Of a DNA stretch of 64,000 bases, positions 29,773 to 39,213 are shown one piece after another (the first letter of the stretch is position 1; every line of letters starts with the position of its first letter). Under the pieces are notes generated by a model that was not told the origin of the DNA, did no database searches, and saw only the letters and a program-made list of their open reading frames with translations. A program made the position numbers and the translations under genes. This DNA is from Candidatus Omnitrophota bacterium. Its GTDB lineage: Bacteria; Omnitrophota; Gorgyraeia; Zapsychrales; Zapsychraceae. The stretch is from assembly GCA_015233495.1 (NCBI GenBank), contig JADFXQ010000001.1, forward strand, positions 68,045 to 132,044, read 5' to 3'.

Positions 29773-31083
29773 TTATCCCTTAACCTTCCCCCGGCCGACC
29801 CCGTAATATTCAAAACCCAGCGCGGCCAAATCCGCTGCCGCGTAAAGATTGCGCCCGTCAAAAATAACCGGTTGTTTCATCAAGGATTTTATTTTGCGAA
29901 AATCCAGATCCTGAAATTCCGGCCATTCGGTCAAAACGATGCAGCAATCACATCCTTTCGCCAGATCATACACATCCCGGCTATAAACCACATTTTTAAA
30001 AATCAACCGGGCCTGCGCCATCGCCTGAGGATCAAAGGCCTTAATCCGCGCCCCTTCGTGCTGCAGGGTTTTAATCACGCTGATCGACGGGGCGCTGCGC
30101 ATATCATCGGTATTGGGTTTAAACGCCAACCCCAAAACGCCAATGGTCTTGCCCTTGACATTCCATAATTTATCTTCGACCAATTTCAAAAATGCCGCTC
30201 CTTGGTCTTCGTTTACCTGCCGCACCTGCTTCAGCAGTTGAAAATCATATCCGTTTTTTTCGGCAAGCCGAATAAAAGCGTCAACGTCTTTTGGAAAACA
30301 ACTACCGCCATATCCGATCCCGGCGTCCAAAAACGAACGACCGATCCGTTTATCAAATCCCATCCCTTCCGCGACTTTCAGAACATCCGCGCCTACCCGG
30401 TCGCAGATCTGCGCCACCGCGTTGATGAATGAAATTTTCGCCGCTAAAAACGAGTTAGAAGCATGTTTGATCATCTCCGCGGAATTGATATTCGTCACGA
30501 CCATGCGGGCGGCCAGTGGTTTATAAATATCCCGCAAAATCCGTTCGGCGCGTTTGGATTCCACCCCGATCACCACCCGGTCCGGATTCATAAAATCATG
30601 AACCGCCGATCCTTCCCGTAAAAATTCCGGATTGGACGCCACGTCAAATTCCAGGGTTTTATTTTTCGGAAGATTGAGCCGGATCGTCCGGGCGACGCGC
30701 TGTCCGGTTTCCGCGGGCACCGTCGATTTCTCGACGATCAAACGATAGCCGTCTAAACACCGCGCGATTTCCCGCGCCACGTTTTCCACATAAGTCAAAT
30801 CCGCGTCGCCGTTTTTCTTTGAGGGAGTGCCGACCGCGATAAAAATCACTTCAGTTTGTTTCACCGCCGCTTTGATCGAAACGGAAAACGACAGCCGTTT
30901 GCTTTTCATATTTTTCTTTAACAGCGGCTCTAATCCCGGCTCATAAATCGGAACCATTCCTTGGTTCAATTGCTTTATTTTTTCCCGGTCCACGTCGACA
31001 CAAATTACCGTATGCCCGGTTTCCGCCAGACAAACCCCGGTCACCAACCCGACATAACCCGAACCAATGATAGCAATGTTCAT
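29773..31083 (-). CDS. ugd: UDP-glucose 6-dehydrogenase
   Basis: GSGYVGLVTG, IAVGTP, KSTVP, NPEFLREG, GGSCFPKD. Confidence 0.93.
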   Translation of the reverse strand: MNIAIIGSGYVGLVTGVCLAETGHTVICVDVDREKIKQLNQGMVPIYEPGLEPLLKKNMKSKRLSFSVSIKAAVKQTEVIFIAVGTPSKKNGDADLTYVENVAREIARCLDGYRLIVEKSTVPAETGQRVARTIRLNLPKNKTLEFDVASNPEFLREGSAVHDFMNPDRVVIGVESKRAERILRDIYKPLAARMVVTNINSAEMIKHASNSFLAAKISFINAVAQICDRVGADVLKVAEGMGFDKRIGRSFLDAGIGYGGSCFPKDVDAFIRLAEKNGYDFQLLKQVRQVNEDQGAAFLKLVEDKLWNVKGKTIGVLGLAFKPNTDDMRSAPSISVIKTLQHEGARIKAFDPQAMAQARLIFKNVVYSRDVYDLAKGCDCCIVLTEWPEFQDLDFRKIKSLMKQPVIFDGRNLYAAADLAALGFEYYGVGRGKVKG

Positions 31084-31123
31084 ATTTTTTGATATCCTTT
31101 GCGCGGTTAAACAACCTTCCGGC

Positions 31124-33235
31124 TTAAATCTCTTGTCCAGCCTTGCGCTTGGCAAACCCGGTGCCGCCGCCGACATTGATAGACGGAAACGCCTTAAGCC
31201 GGAAAATCAACATGATTTCGCTGCCCTCGCCCTTTTTGTTAGTCAGCGAAGTTTCCACGGTCCAGCTGTGCAAATCCCGCGTGACCGTGTAGCCCTGTTC
31301 CTTAAGTTTCGAAGCTTTCAAATCAAACCGGTCAAACACATGGAGCGTCCATTTTTTATTCACATCCCAATGCAGGTCGGTAGTCACCTGATCATCCGCG
31401 TCCCGGGCCCAGCGTTTCCCCACATCGAGTCCCCAGCCTTTGCCGTTAATGTACGCATCGAAATTCACCGCACTCCAATGTCTCTGCCGCGGATCATATC
31501 CGGAATCAAAATACAAAGTAAGCCAATCCACCGGACGAAAATCAATGTTCGAAGTAATCGTGTCAAACCCGCCTTTGCGCGGGTCTTCTTTCAAATGAAA
31601 ATCCGTGCCCAGCACCGCGCGCAGCAGTTCGACCGTCTTGTCGTTCCGTTTCGTCTGCAATTTATTTTCTAAAGAAAAATTGATGTTATGAATATTCGTG
31701 ATCGTGTCCACGCTGTCAAAGGCATCCAGCGTGGTGGCTGGCACAGTTGGCTTGTTCTGAAAGTCATAGGAAACGGTTGGCGTGATGATATGGCGCAGCC
31801 GGTTGATTTCCAGTCCATAGGCGTTCATCTGCGCTTCATAAATACGATAAAATTTGGTGCTGACACTTGCCCCGGTTTTAAACACGGCGCGCGTGATATT
31901 GGAGCGGGAAATGTCGTGGGTGCGGCTGTAGTATGTTTCTTCCTGCCCGACATACGGCTTAAATTCGAAAATATGGACCTTCATCGGATACGATAAAATG
32001 TTATCCGTATCCAAACGCATGGTCTTCAAACGACTGACGCTCGGCGCGGCCTGTTCATTGGCCAAATTGGAATAGGTCGTCGCGTTTCTCCAATAAAGCC
32101 CCGAATCCCCCAGCTCAAAATTGGCCATGTCATAACGGACTTCCGGCAGACGCTCGACCTGACTGGTAAACGTATTGACCCGTTTATCCGCCCGCAGGCT
32201 CAAAATCCCTTTCGACAATGTCCGCGTCAAAAGAAAAAACGTCTGCGGATTGCTGTCGCGGTCATACTCCCTTTGGAAAAAATCTTTCAAAAAACGGCTG
32301 TCGCTTAATTTATAAAACTGCATCACCGCGTTGGTCTGCTTATCCATCTGCCATTGATGCCGCCATTCGACCTTATACCGGGTATGTTGAATTTTATAAA
32401 CATCCGTCTTATCCGTGGTGGTTAAGGATTTGTCAGTAAGATAATAGGTGCGCAATAAACCGTTTCCCAAGGAAGGGGTTTTATAAGCGGTATCCAAACC
32501 ATAGCCCATGCCGATCAATTGCCGGTAATCGGCGTGCACAACCGCTTTCAAATGCTCGTCCCCGAAATAGCGCCACTGGCCCAGTAAAAACGCTCCCCAG
32601 CGCTTTTTATAACCGGGAATAACTTCCCACTGGGGTTTGGGATTTTGTAAATTTTGCGAAATCTTCGGAATATACATCAAAGGCACGTTGCCGACTTTCA
32701 TCAGAACATTGCGGGCGATAACCTTATCCTGCGGATAAATTTCGATCTGATCGGCAAACATCCGATATTCCGGATCATCCCAGTCGGAAGTGGTCATATA
32801 ACCTTTAGACATCACCAACTTATCCCCCTGCAGTTTGGTAATCAAATCCGTATATCCGTAAAGCGGGGGCATAAAAATTTTCGCTTGGCGGAATTCGCCT
32901 TTTTGCGTCGCAAAGTTATACTCCAGTTCATTGCCGGCAACCTCGCCTTTTTTGGTGCGCAAACGAACATGGCCTTTCGCGTGCGCATTTTTCGTTTTTT
33001 GCTCAAAAGTGACCATGTCGCAGGTCAGTGTCGAATCCTGATAAATAATTTTCACATTGCCCTTGGCGGTGATCAGACTTCCATCCACCGAATATTCCAC
33101 AGTGTCCCCATTCAGCTCTACGGAAGACGCGGGCGAAGAGACCGCGGCAAAACCTCTCCCCGTCCCGGCTAAAACAACCGACAAAAGCATCAATACCGCT
33201 TTTAATGGAAAATTCCAGGTTTCGCGCTTTGTCAT
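31124..33235 (-). CDS. lptD: LPS-assembly protein LptD-like (OstA N-terminus + beta-barrel)
   Basis: Signal peptide, ITAKGNV...AKGHV jellyroll repeats, ERLPE, C-terminal RDLHSW...IFRLKAF. Confidence 0.75.
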   Translation of the reverse strand: MTKRETWNFPLKAVLMLLSVVLAGTGRGFAAVSSPASSVELNGDTVEYSVDGSLITAKGNVKIIYQDSTLTCDMVTFEQKTKNAHAKGHVRLRTKKGEVAGNELEYNFATQKGEFRQAKIFMPPLYGYTDLITKLQGDKLVMSKGYMTTSDWDDPEYRMFADQIEIYPQDKVIARNVLMKVGNVPLMYIPKISQNLQNPKPQWEVIPGYKKRWGAFLLGQWRYFGDEHLKAVVHADYRQLIGMGYGLDTAYKTPSLGNGLLRTYYLTDKSLTTTDKTDVYKIQHTRYKVEWRHQWQMDKQTNAVMQFYKLSDSRFLKDFFQREYDRDSNPQTFFLLTRTLSKGILSLRADKRVNTFTSQVERLPEVRYDMANFELGDSGLYWRNATTYSNLANEQAAPSVSRLKTMRLDTDNILSYPMKVHIFEFKPYVGQEETYYSRTHDISRSNITRAVFKTGASVSTKFYRIYEAQMNAYGLEINRLRHIITPTVSYDFQNKPTVPATTLDAFDSVDTITNIHNINFSLENKLQTKRNDKTVELLRAVLGTDFHLKEDPRKGGFDTITSNIDFRPVDWLTLYFDSGYDPRQRHWSAVNFDAYINGKGWGLDVGKRWARDADDQVTTDLHWDVNKKWTLHVFDRFDLKASKLKEQGYTVTRDLHSWTVETSLTNKKGEGSEIMLIFRLKAFPSINVGGGTGFAKRKAGQEI

Positions 33236-33271
33236 TTGAATTTTGTCATTTGAATTTTGTCATTTGTCATT
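33228..33271 (-). repeat. 14-bp tandem repeat (CAAATGACAAAATT)n at the ROK/lptD junction
   Basis: TTTGTCATTTGAAT x2 plus partial units. Supplies the ROK tail MTNDKIQMTKFK, its stop, and the lptD ATG. Confidence 0.85.
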
Positions 33272-34185
33272 AATAAACCCGCTCCGATCACGCCCGCGTC
33301 ATCGCCTAATTTCGCCGCCGCCACTTTAACTAACTGCGCGGGAACTCCCATTGCCCGTTCGCGGATCGTGGCGGCAATCGCTGTTTTCATAAAACGCAAA
33401 CTTTTCGCGACCCCGCCGCCTATCACAATAAGACGCGGATTTAATAAATTAACCGCCCCGACTAAACCATACCCAACCACTGTGCCGACCCCATACCAAA
33501 AATCCAAAGCCCGGCTATCGCCCCGCGCTGCTAAGGCGTAAACATCTTCTAATGTGATATCTTGGCGTTTAAAAAAATCCCGCGCTCCAGCCAAGAGAGT
33601 GGCATTGCCGACATAACGCTCAAAACAAGCCCGCCCGCCGCAATTGCACGCCGGCCCGTTTTCATTGAGCGGCACATGACCCAGCTCGCCCGCGCAAAAC
33701 CCTTCGCCGCGATACAATTTGCCCTCTAAAATCAAACCCGCGCCCACCCCCGTACCCAGCGTCATACAAATCATGTTCCGGTAGCCCCGTCCGGCTCCGA
33801 ATTTCGCCTCCGCCAGAGCCATACCATTGACATCATTATCTACCCGGACCGGTAACCCTAATTTTGCTTCTGCCAATTTCTGCAAAGGCACATTTTTCCA
33901 CCCAAAAATATTCGTCAAAGTCAAAACCACGCCCCGGTCAAAATCCACCAAACCCGGCACGCCAAAACCCACGCCTTGCACCTGATCTTGACGCAGTCCC
34001 CGCGCCGCTAAAAGCCCGGCCACACTTTCGACCACCGCTTGAATCAGACATTCTTTATCCGCGGCCACCTCGGCGGTCTTGATCCGGCCTCGGGCCACAA
34101 TCTCCCCGGCATCCGAGACGATACCCAGTTTAATATTCGTGCCGCCAATATCAACGCCAATCACATAATTTTTCTTATACATCAT
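33232..34185 (-). CDS. ROK-family sugar kinase (glucokinase)
   Basis: GVDIGGT, DNDVN, TLGTGVG, GELGH, CNCGGRACFE. Confidence 0.92.
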   Translation of the reverse strand: MMYKKNYVIGVDIGGTNIKLGIVSDAGEIVARGRIKTAEVAADKECLIQAVVESVAGLLAARGLRQDQVQGVGFGVPGLVDFDRGVVLTLTNIFGWKNVPLQKLAEAKLGLPVRVDNDVNGMALAEAKFGAGRGYRNMICMTLGTGVGAGLILEGKLYRGEGFCAGELGHVPLNENGPACNCGGRACFERYVGNATLLAGARDFFKRQDITLEDVYALAARGDSRALDFWYGVGTVVGYGLVGAVNLLNPRLIVIGGGVAKSLRFMKTAIAATIRERAMGVPAQLVKVAAAKLGDDAGVIGAGLLMTNDKIQMTKFK

Positions 34186-34344
34186 AATTTGAAGAAAGAA
34201 GTAACTCTATGATTATTAAGGATTTTCGACTGAAACACTTAGACTCGCCACTGCCAGACTTGTTACAAAATTGCGGTTATTTTACACGATAAGATTTAAG
34301 GAAGCAACTTGAATTTAAGAAGGAAATTACCCCGGGGTTGCGGA

Positions 34345-34704
34345 TCATGTCTCCAGGCTGAACGACGGCAGGGCATCGGAACTTTTATCTAGGAGTTTTT
34401 TAAGACGGCTCATAGATTCGTCTTCCATTTTCGTGAAATAAAAAGCAAAACCTTCGCCGGCCACGATCCGGGAAATGCGCGCCATACCTTGAATAAGGTT
34501 GTGTTCATTGCCGGGAGCGGACGGAAAAGCGAAACCGATCTCGTCGCTTAACTTCAAAAACACGTTTTCCCGTATGCGGATAAACGCGCTCTTTAAAGAG
34601 ATGTCCTTCAGCCGTCCGTTTAAAGTTAATTGCTCTCCGATACGAATCTGGGCCGGCAAGTCCGAATTGTATCGCGATTCCCTGCGTAAATTTTGCGTTT
34701 CCAT
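34345..34704 (-). CDS. PilZ-domain protein
   Basis: RRESR (RxxxR) and DISLKS (variant of DxSxxG). Confidence 0.75.
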   Translation of the reverse strand: METQNLRRESRYNSDLPAQIRIGEQLTLNGRLKDISLKSAFIRIRENVFLKLSDEIGFAFPSAPGNEHNLIQGMARISRIVAGEGFAFYFTKMEDESMSRLKKLLDKSSDALPSFSLET

Positions 34705-34745
34705 ATTGAACGCTCCTTTAATAGTTTACCTATGCAAACTCTCTT

Positions 34746-35795
34746 TTATAAATGCTGCTTTCCCGCAGCTTTATCTGTGTAAACCCCGACTGCCGCCACT
34801 CGGTTTCTCCCCTGCTGTTTCGCGCGATAGAGCGCCCAATCCGCTTTTTCAAGAATTTCCTCCGCGGTTTTACCGTCTTGCGGGAACGTGGCAATGCCGA
34901 TGCTCAGGGTGACTTGATACGTTCCGTCATAAGCCCTGACTACGGTCTTTTCCATAGCTAAACGGATACGTTCCGCGGCATACTTCGCGCCGTCCGATCC
35001 GGTATCCGGCAATATCACGCAAAATTCTTCCCCGCCAAAGCGGCCATCAATATCAATCTCCCGGATATTGGTCTTAATCACTTGCCCGACCTCCCGCAAT
35101 ACCTGATCGCCGGTAAAGTGGCCGTATTGATCATTAAAAGTTTTAAAATGATCCACGTCTGCCATAAGAAAAGAAACCTCGGTTTTATGGTTTTTCGAGC
35201 GGCTTACCTCTTCCGCGAAACGCTCCAAAGCGTAACGCCGGGTGTGCACCGCAGTCAAACTGTCGGTGATCGCGATTCTTTCGATTTCTTCATACAACTT
35301 GACCCGGCGCAAAGCCAAAGCAAACTGATGTCCCAAGATCATCAACTTATCTTCTTCCTGGGCAGGCATCCCGGTCACCACCAAATATCCCAGGCGCCGG
35401 CGTTTAACATGCAGCGAGAATACAAAAACCTGGTCTGGCGTCCAGTAATGGTTTCCTTTATGCGGGAGGTTGATGGCCTCGGGTAAAACATCGAGAAGCA
35501 GACACTCGGCGAACCGGACGTGTTCCCTTAATTTCTTTTTGAACAACTCCAAAGCCTCCGCTTCCTTTTGGGACTGGGTAATATCTTTAGTCATTTCATA
35601 GAGAGTAAAAATCTGAATCGCCCGGTCTTCCAAAGCCATTTTTTGATCGAAATACGCATTTTTCTCCGCTACGCATTTTTGATAATCGGCTTGCTGGTCT
35701 GCCAGCTTCTTTTCTAACCGGACAAACACCCGCCGGACAAGATAGCGGGAGGCCAGCATCACCACTGCGACATAAACAATTAAAAAGCCAATCAT
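34746..35795 (-). CDS. Membrane-anchored GAF-like + GGDEF diguanylate cyclase
   Basis: TDSLT, DVDHFK, REIDIDGRFGGEEF (with RxxD I-site). Confidence 0.92.
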   Translation of the reverse strand: MIGFLIVYVAVVMLASRYLVRRVFVRLEKKLADQQADYQKCVAEKNAYFDQKMALEDRAIQIFTLYEMTKDITQSQKEAEALELFKKKLREHVRFAECLLLDVLPEAINLPHKGNHYWTPDQVFVFSLHVKRRRLGYLVVTGMPAQEEDKLMILGHQFALALRRVKLYEEIERIAITDSLTAVHTRRYALERFAEEVSRSKNHKTEVSFLMADVDHFKTFNDQYGHFTGDQVLREVGQVIKTNIREIDIDGRFGGEEFCVILPDTGSDGAKYAAERIRLAMEKTVVRAYDGTYQVTLSIGIATFPQDGKTAEEILEKADWALYRAKQQGRNRVAAVGVYTDKAAGKQHL

Positions 35796-35828
35796 CGATT
35801 CCCCGTCTCTGCCCTATCGCCTCGGGCC

Positions 35829-37187
35829 TTATACATAGCACACACGGTTACGGCCTTGCTCTTTAGCCCGATATAATGACTGGTCTGCCTGGGCGATCAA
35901 TTCATCTTTATCCCGGCCGTCCTGCGGAAAAGCGGCGACCCCGATAGAAATCGTGACGCGCGTCCGCTCCCGGCGCAAAAAAATCGTCTGCCCGGCAATT
36001 TTCTCCCTCAGCCCTTCGGCCAATTCCGCAGCTTTCGTCTTCGAACAGTCCGGCAATAAAACACAGAATTCTTCTCCGCCATAACGCGCCACCAAACTGC
36101 CCGGAATATGACTGAAATAATCCGTCATGGCCATCGCCGCCGTCTTCAGCACAATATCGCCAGCTACATGGCCAAACCGGTCGTTATAATCTTTAAATTT
36201 GTCCAAATCCATCATCAAAAAAGCCAAGGATTCCTGCCTGCGAACGTGTCGGCTGATCTCCTGCGCTATGCGCCCCATCAAATAGCGGCGTTGATACAAA
36301 TTGGTCAAGCCGTCAAAAATCGCCAATTGCTCCGCGCGTTCATACAACTGCGCATTTTCCACGGCGACCGCGGCTAAATCGGCGATCGCCGCGAGAAAAC
36401 GCAAATCATCGGTCGTAAAAAATTTTTCCCGGGGATGATCGACACGCAAAATTCCCAAAGTCCGTTGACCCACGACAAGCGGAACGCTGATCAAAGAACC
36501 GACTACCCGAGAGTCCTCCCCGGCGATTTTTTCTACGTCAAACCGATAATCGCCCCGGCTGTCTTCCACCAAAAGCGGCTGCAAGGTTTTGACTACCCAA
36601 CGGTCAAACGCGTCACCCTGCTTCGATTTGATACTAACGCGGTTCAGCCCTTTTTGCGACGACGAAATTCCAAACTCTCCGGTTTTCGCGTGAAATAAAT
36701 AAAGGATCACGGTGGCCTCGGAGCCTTTACCGGCGGCAATCAAACGATGCGCCTCATTAGTCAGCATCTTCGAGGTGTCAAGTGTGTAGAGGCACTGGCC
36801 TAACAATTCCGTGAGGTCTTTTAACTTGGCTAAAAGCGCAATTTTGTCTTCAAGCGCGGCTATGGCTTTCGTTTCCGCGGCAATTTCCGCGGTCACCAAA
36901 TTACGCGACTCAAAAATATCCTGCGATTTAAAATTATGTTCCGCTTGATAAGCGGACAGCCTTTTACCCCAATAAAAAAAATAAAGGATCAAACAAAATA
37001 AAGCGGCAGCCAAATTGATAAAAAAACGGGGGTCCTGTTTAATCGCAAAATGAAAAAAAAACGCCAAGGGAAACCCAAATAAGGCGAGGAAATAGAGGAC
37101 TTGCTCAGATGATCGTTTTTTCAGTAACGGGATCAAAGAAATGCACCTTGCCCATGTTAAACACAACCTCCATGTCCCGATTGACAT
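35829..37187 (-). CDS. Membrane GAF-GGDEF diguanylate cyclase (true start probably nearer 37100-37130)
   Basis: Two TM segments, GAF (SLISVPL...AVAVENAQLY), DGLTNL, ARYGGEEF, no RxxD. Confidence 0.88.
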   Translation of the reverse strand: MSIGTWRLCLTWARCISLIPLLKKRSSEQVLYFLALFGFPLAFFFHFAIKQDPRFFINLAAALFCLILYFFYWGKRLSAYQAEHNFKSQDIFESRNLVTAEIAAETKAIAALEDKIALLAKLKDLTELLGQCLYTLDTSKMLTNEAHRLIAAGKGSEATVILYLFHAKTGEFGISSSQKGLNRVSIKSKQGDAFDRWVVKTLQPLLVEDSRGDYRFDVEKIAGEDSRVVGSLISVPLVVGQRTLGILRVDHPREKFFTTDDLRFLAAIADLAAVAVENAQLYERAEQLAIFDGLTNLYQRRYLMGRIAQEISRHVRRQESLAFLMMDLDKFKDYNDRFGHVAGDIVLKTAAMAMTDYFSHIPGSLVARYGGEEFCVLLPDCSKTKAAELAEGLREKIAGQTIFLRRERTRVTISIGVAAFPQDGRDKDELIAQADQSLYRAKEQGRNRVCYV

Positions 37188-38211
37188 CCGGACGGTTGTG
37201 AGCTCCGACCCGGGCGATAAAGGTATTTTTCCCGGAATTAAGATACAAATAAACTTCTGATCCTAAAGGCTCCACCACTTCGCAGACCGCTCGGACCGTA
37301 TTATCCGCGGCCGCTTCCGCAATGAACAACCGGTCATAAATATCCTCCGGTCTGATCCCCAGGATGAGCTCTTTTCCTTCCCAAGCAGAAAAGATTTTAT
37401 ACATATCTTCGACTAATTTTACCTGAAACCGTCCCTCATCAAAATAATATTTCTTTTCCTTCTTGATGATCCGGCCAGGAATCAAATTGATCGGCGGCGA
37501 CCCCATGAACCCCGCGACAAATTTGTTCGCCGGTTTTTCATAAATCGTGATCGGGTCCGCGCACTGTTGGATTTTGCCGTCACGCATCACCACGATCCGG
37601 TCGCCCAAAGTCATCGCCTCGACCTGATCATGGGTGACATAGACGAATGTGGCCCGAAGCCGCAGGCGCAATTTATGGATTTCCGTGCGCATCTGGAGGC
37701 GCATCTTCGCGTCCAAATTGCTTAAAGGCTCATCAAATAAAAACACCAGCGGTTTGCGGACAATCGCCCGTCCCAAGGCGACGCGCTGCATCTCTCCGCC
37801 GGAAAGCTGGGCCGGCCGGCGGCGCAAGATCGGATTGATTCCCAGAATTTCCGCGGCTTCATGCACGCGGCGTTCAATCTCCGGTTTGGGATACCGGCGC
37901 ATCCGCAGGCCAAATGACATATTTTCATAAACCGTCATGTGCGGATAAAGCGCGTAATTCTGAAAAACCATGGCAATATCGCGGTCTTTCGCCGGAACAT
38001 TGTTGACCAACCGGTCGCCGATCCAGATCTTTCCGTCGGAAACCTCTTCCAGCCCCGCGATCATCCGCAAGGTAGTGGATTTCCCGCAGCCGGAAGGCCC
38101 GACGAGCACAATGAATTCTTTGTTCTCAATGCCCAGCGAGACGTTGTCAACCGCTTTGACCGCGCCGCTTTTATATACTTTCGAAACATTACGGAGGCTG
38201 ATTTGAGCCAT
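37105..38211 (-). CDS. Sugar ABC transporter ATPase (MalK/UgpC/MsmX)
   Basis: GPSGCGKS, MVFQNYALYPHM, LSGG, DEPLSNLD, TOBE C-terminus. Confidence 0.93.
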   Translation of the reverse strand: MAQISLRNVSKVYKSGAVKAVDNVSLGIENKEFIVLVGPSGCGKSTTLRMIAGLEEVSDGKIWIGDRLVNNVPAKDRDIAMVFQNYALYPHMTVYENMSFGLRMRRYPKPEIERRVHEAAEILGINPILRRRPAQLSGGEMQRVALGRAIVRKPLVFLFDEPLSNLDAKMRLQMRTEIHKLRLRLRATFVYVTHDQVEAMTLGDRIVVMRDGKIQQCADPITIYEKPANKFVAGFMGSPPINLIPGRIIKKEKKYYFDEGRFQVKLVEDMYKIFSAWEGKELILGIRPEDIYDRLFIAEAAADNTVRAVCEVVEPLGSEVYLYLNSGKNTFIARVGAHNRPDVNRDMEVVFNMGKVHFFDPVTEKTII

Positions 38212-38228
38212 AAGAGTAATGACAAAAT

Positions 38229-39071
38229 TCAAATCACAAAATATCCGATCAATTTTGCCAGCGTGGACTTCATTTCTTTGCGCGAAACAATCATATCGAT
38301 CAGGCCGTGCGCCATCAAAAATTCCGAACGCTGAAATCCTCCCGGCAGCTTCTGCCGGATCGTTTGTTCAATAACCCGCGGCCCGGCAAAACCCACCAAA
38401 GCCCGCGGCTCAGCGATAATTATATCGCCCACCCCGGCGAACGAAGCCATAATCCCGCCCATGGTCGGATCAGTCAATACGGAAATGTAAAGCAATCCGG
38501 ATTCCTGATGCTTGCCTATTGCCGCGCAAGTTTTCGCCATCTGCATCAAAGAAATCGCGCCCTCATACATCCGCGCCCCGCCGCCAGACCCCGAAACAAT
38601 AATCATTGGCAAACGCTGCCGCGTTGCCGCCTCAACCGCGCGGGTTATCCGCTCCCCAACCACTGATCCCATTGACCCCATAATGAACCGGGAATCCGTA
38701 ACCCCCAAAACCACGTCACGTCCTTCTATCTTGCCTTGCCCGGTGATCACCGCGTCCTTCAACCCGGTCAGCGCTTGATCGCCTTCAATTTTCTGCTGAT
38801 ACGTTTTCGGGCCTTTAAAAACCAACGGATCCCGGGAAGTCAACGCCGCGTCCATTTCCGTAAAAGTGTTTTCGTCCATGAGCAGACTGACCCTCTGCGG
38901 CGCGGTCAGGACGATATGATAATTGCATTTTGGACAAACATTCTCGTTAATGTCCAAATCTTTTTTATGGTTGGCCGCAGAACATTCCGGACATTTATGC
39001 CATAACCCGGCCGGAATCTCTTTTTTCTTTACGGTCACCAACGTAAATTTACTGCGTCCAAAAAGAGCCAT
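38229..39071 (-). CDS. accD: Acetyl-CoA carboxylase carboxyltransferase beta
   Basis: WHKCPEC...CPKC zinc finger, GSMGSVVGE, LMQMAKT, GFAGPRVIEQTI. Confidence 0.97.
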   Translation of the reverse strand: MALFGRSKFTLVTVKKKEIPAGLWHKCPECSAANHKKDLDINENVCPKCNYHIVLTAPQRVSLLMDENTFTEMDAALTSRDPLVFKGPKTYQQKIEGDQALTGLKDAVITGQGKIEGRDVVLGVTDSRFIMGSMGSVVGERITRAVEAATRQRLPMIIVSGSGGGARMYEGAISLMQMAKTCAAIGKHQESGLLYISVLTDPTMGGIMASFAGVGDIIIAEPRALVGFAGPRVIEQTIRQKLPGGFQRSEFLMAHGLIDMIVSRKEMKSTLAKLIGYFVI

Positions 39072-39131
39072 AAAGCAAAATCCCTTTTAACTTTTTTCCT
39101 AAAACAAAGTCCGAATAACTTTTTCCATTTT

Positions 39132-39194
39132 CCCTCCCCCCGGCCTTCCGGGAGGCCTGCCTGCCGGAAGGCTGTGGGGGAGGGGCAGGGGTGG
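39132..39194. repeat. GC-rich REP-like hairpin with a G-rich tail
   Basis: CCCTCCCCC-CGGCCTTCCGG...CCGGAAGGCTG-TGGGGGAGGG followed by GCAGGGGTGGGGGTGAGGGG. Confidence 0.7.
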
Positions 39195-39213
39195 GGGTGA
39201 GGGGAACGGCCGC

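Noticed and set aside
34186-34344. Riboswitch (e.g. c-di-GMP) between PilZ and ROK
   Set aside because: No GEMM or other consensus, and no convincing stems were seen.
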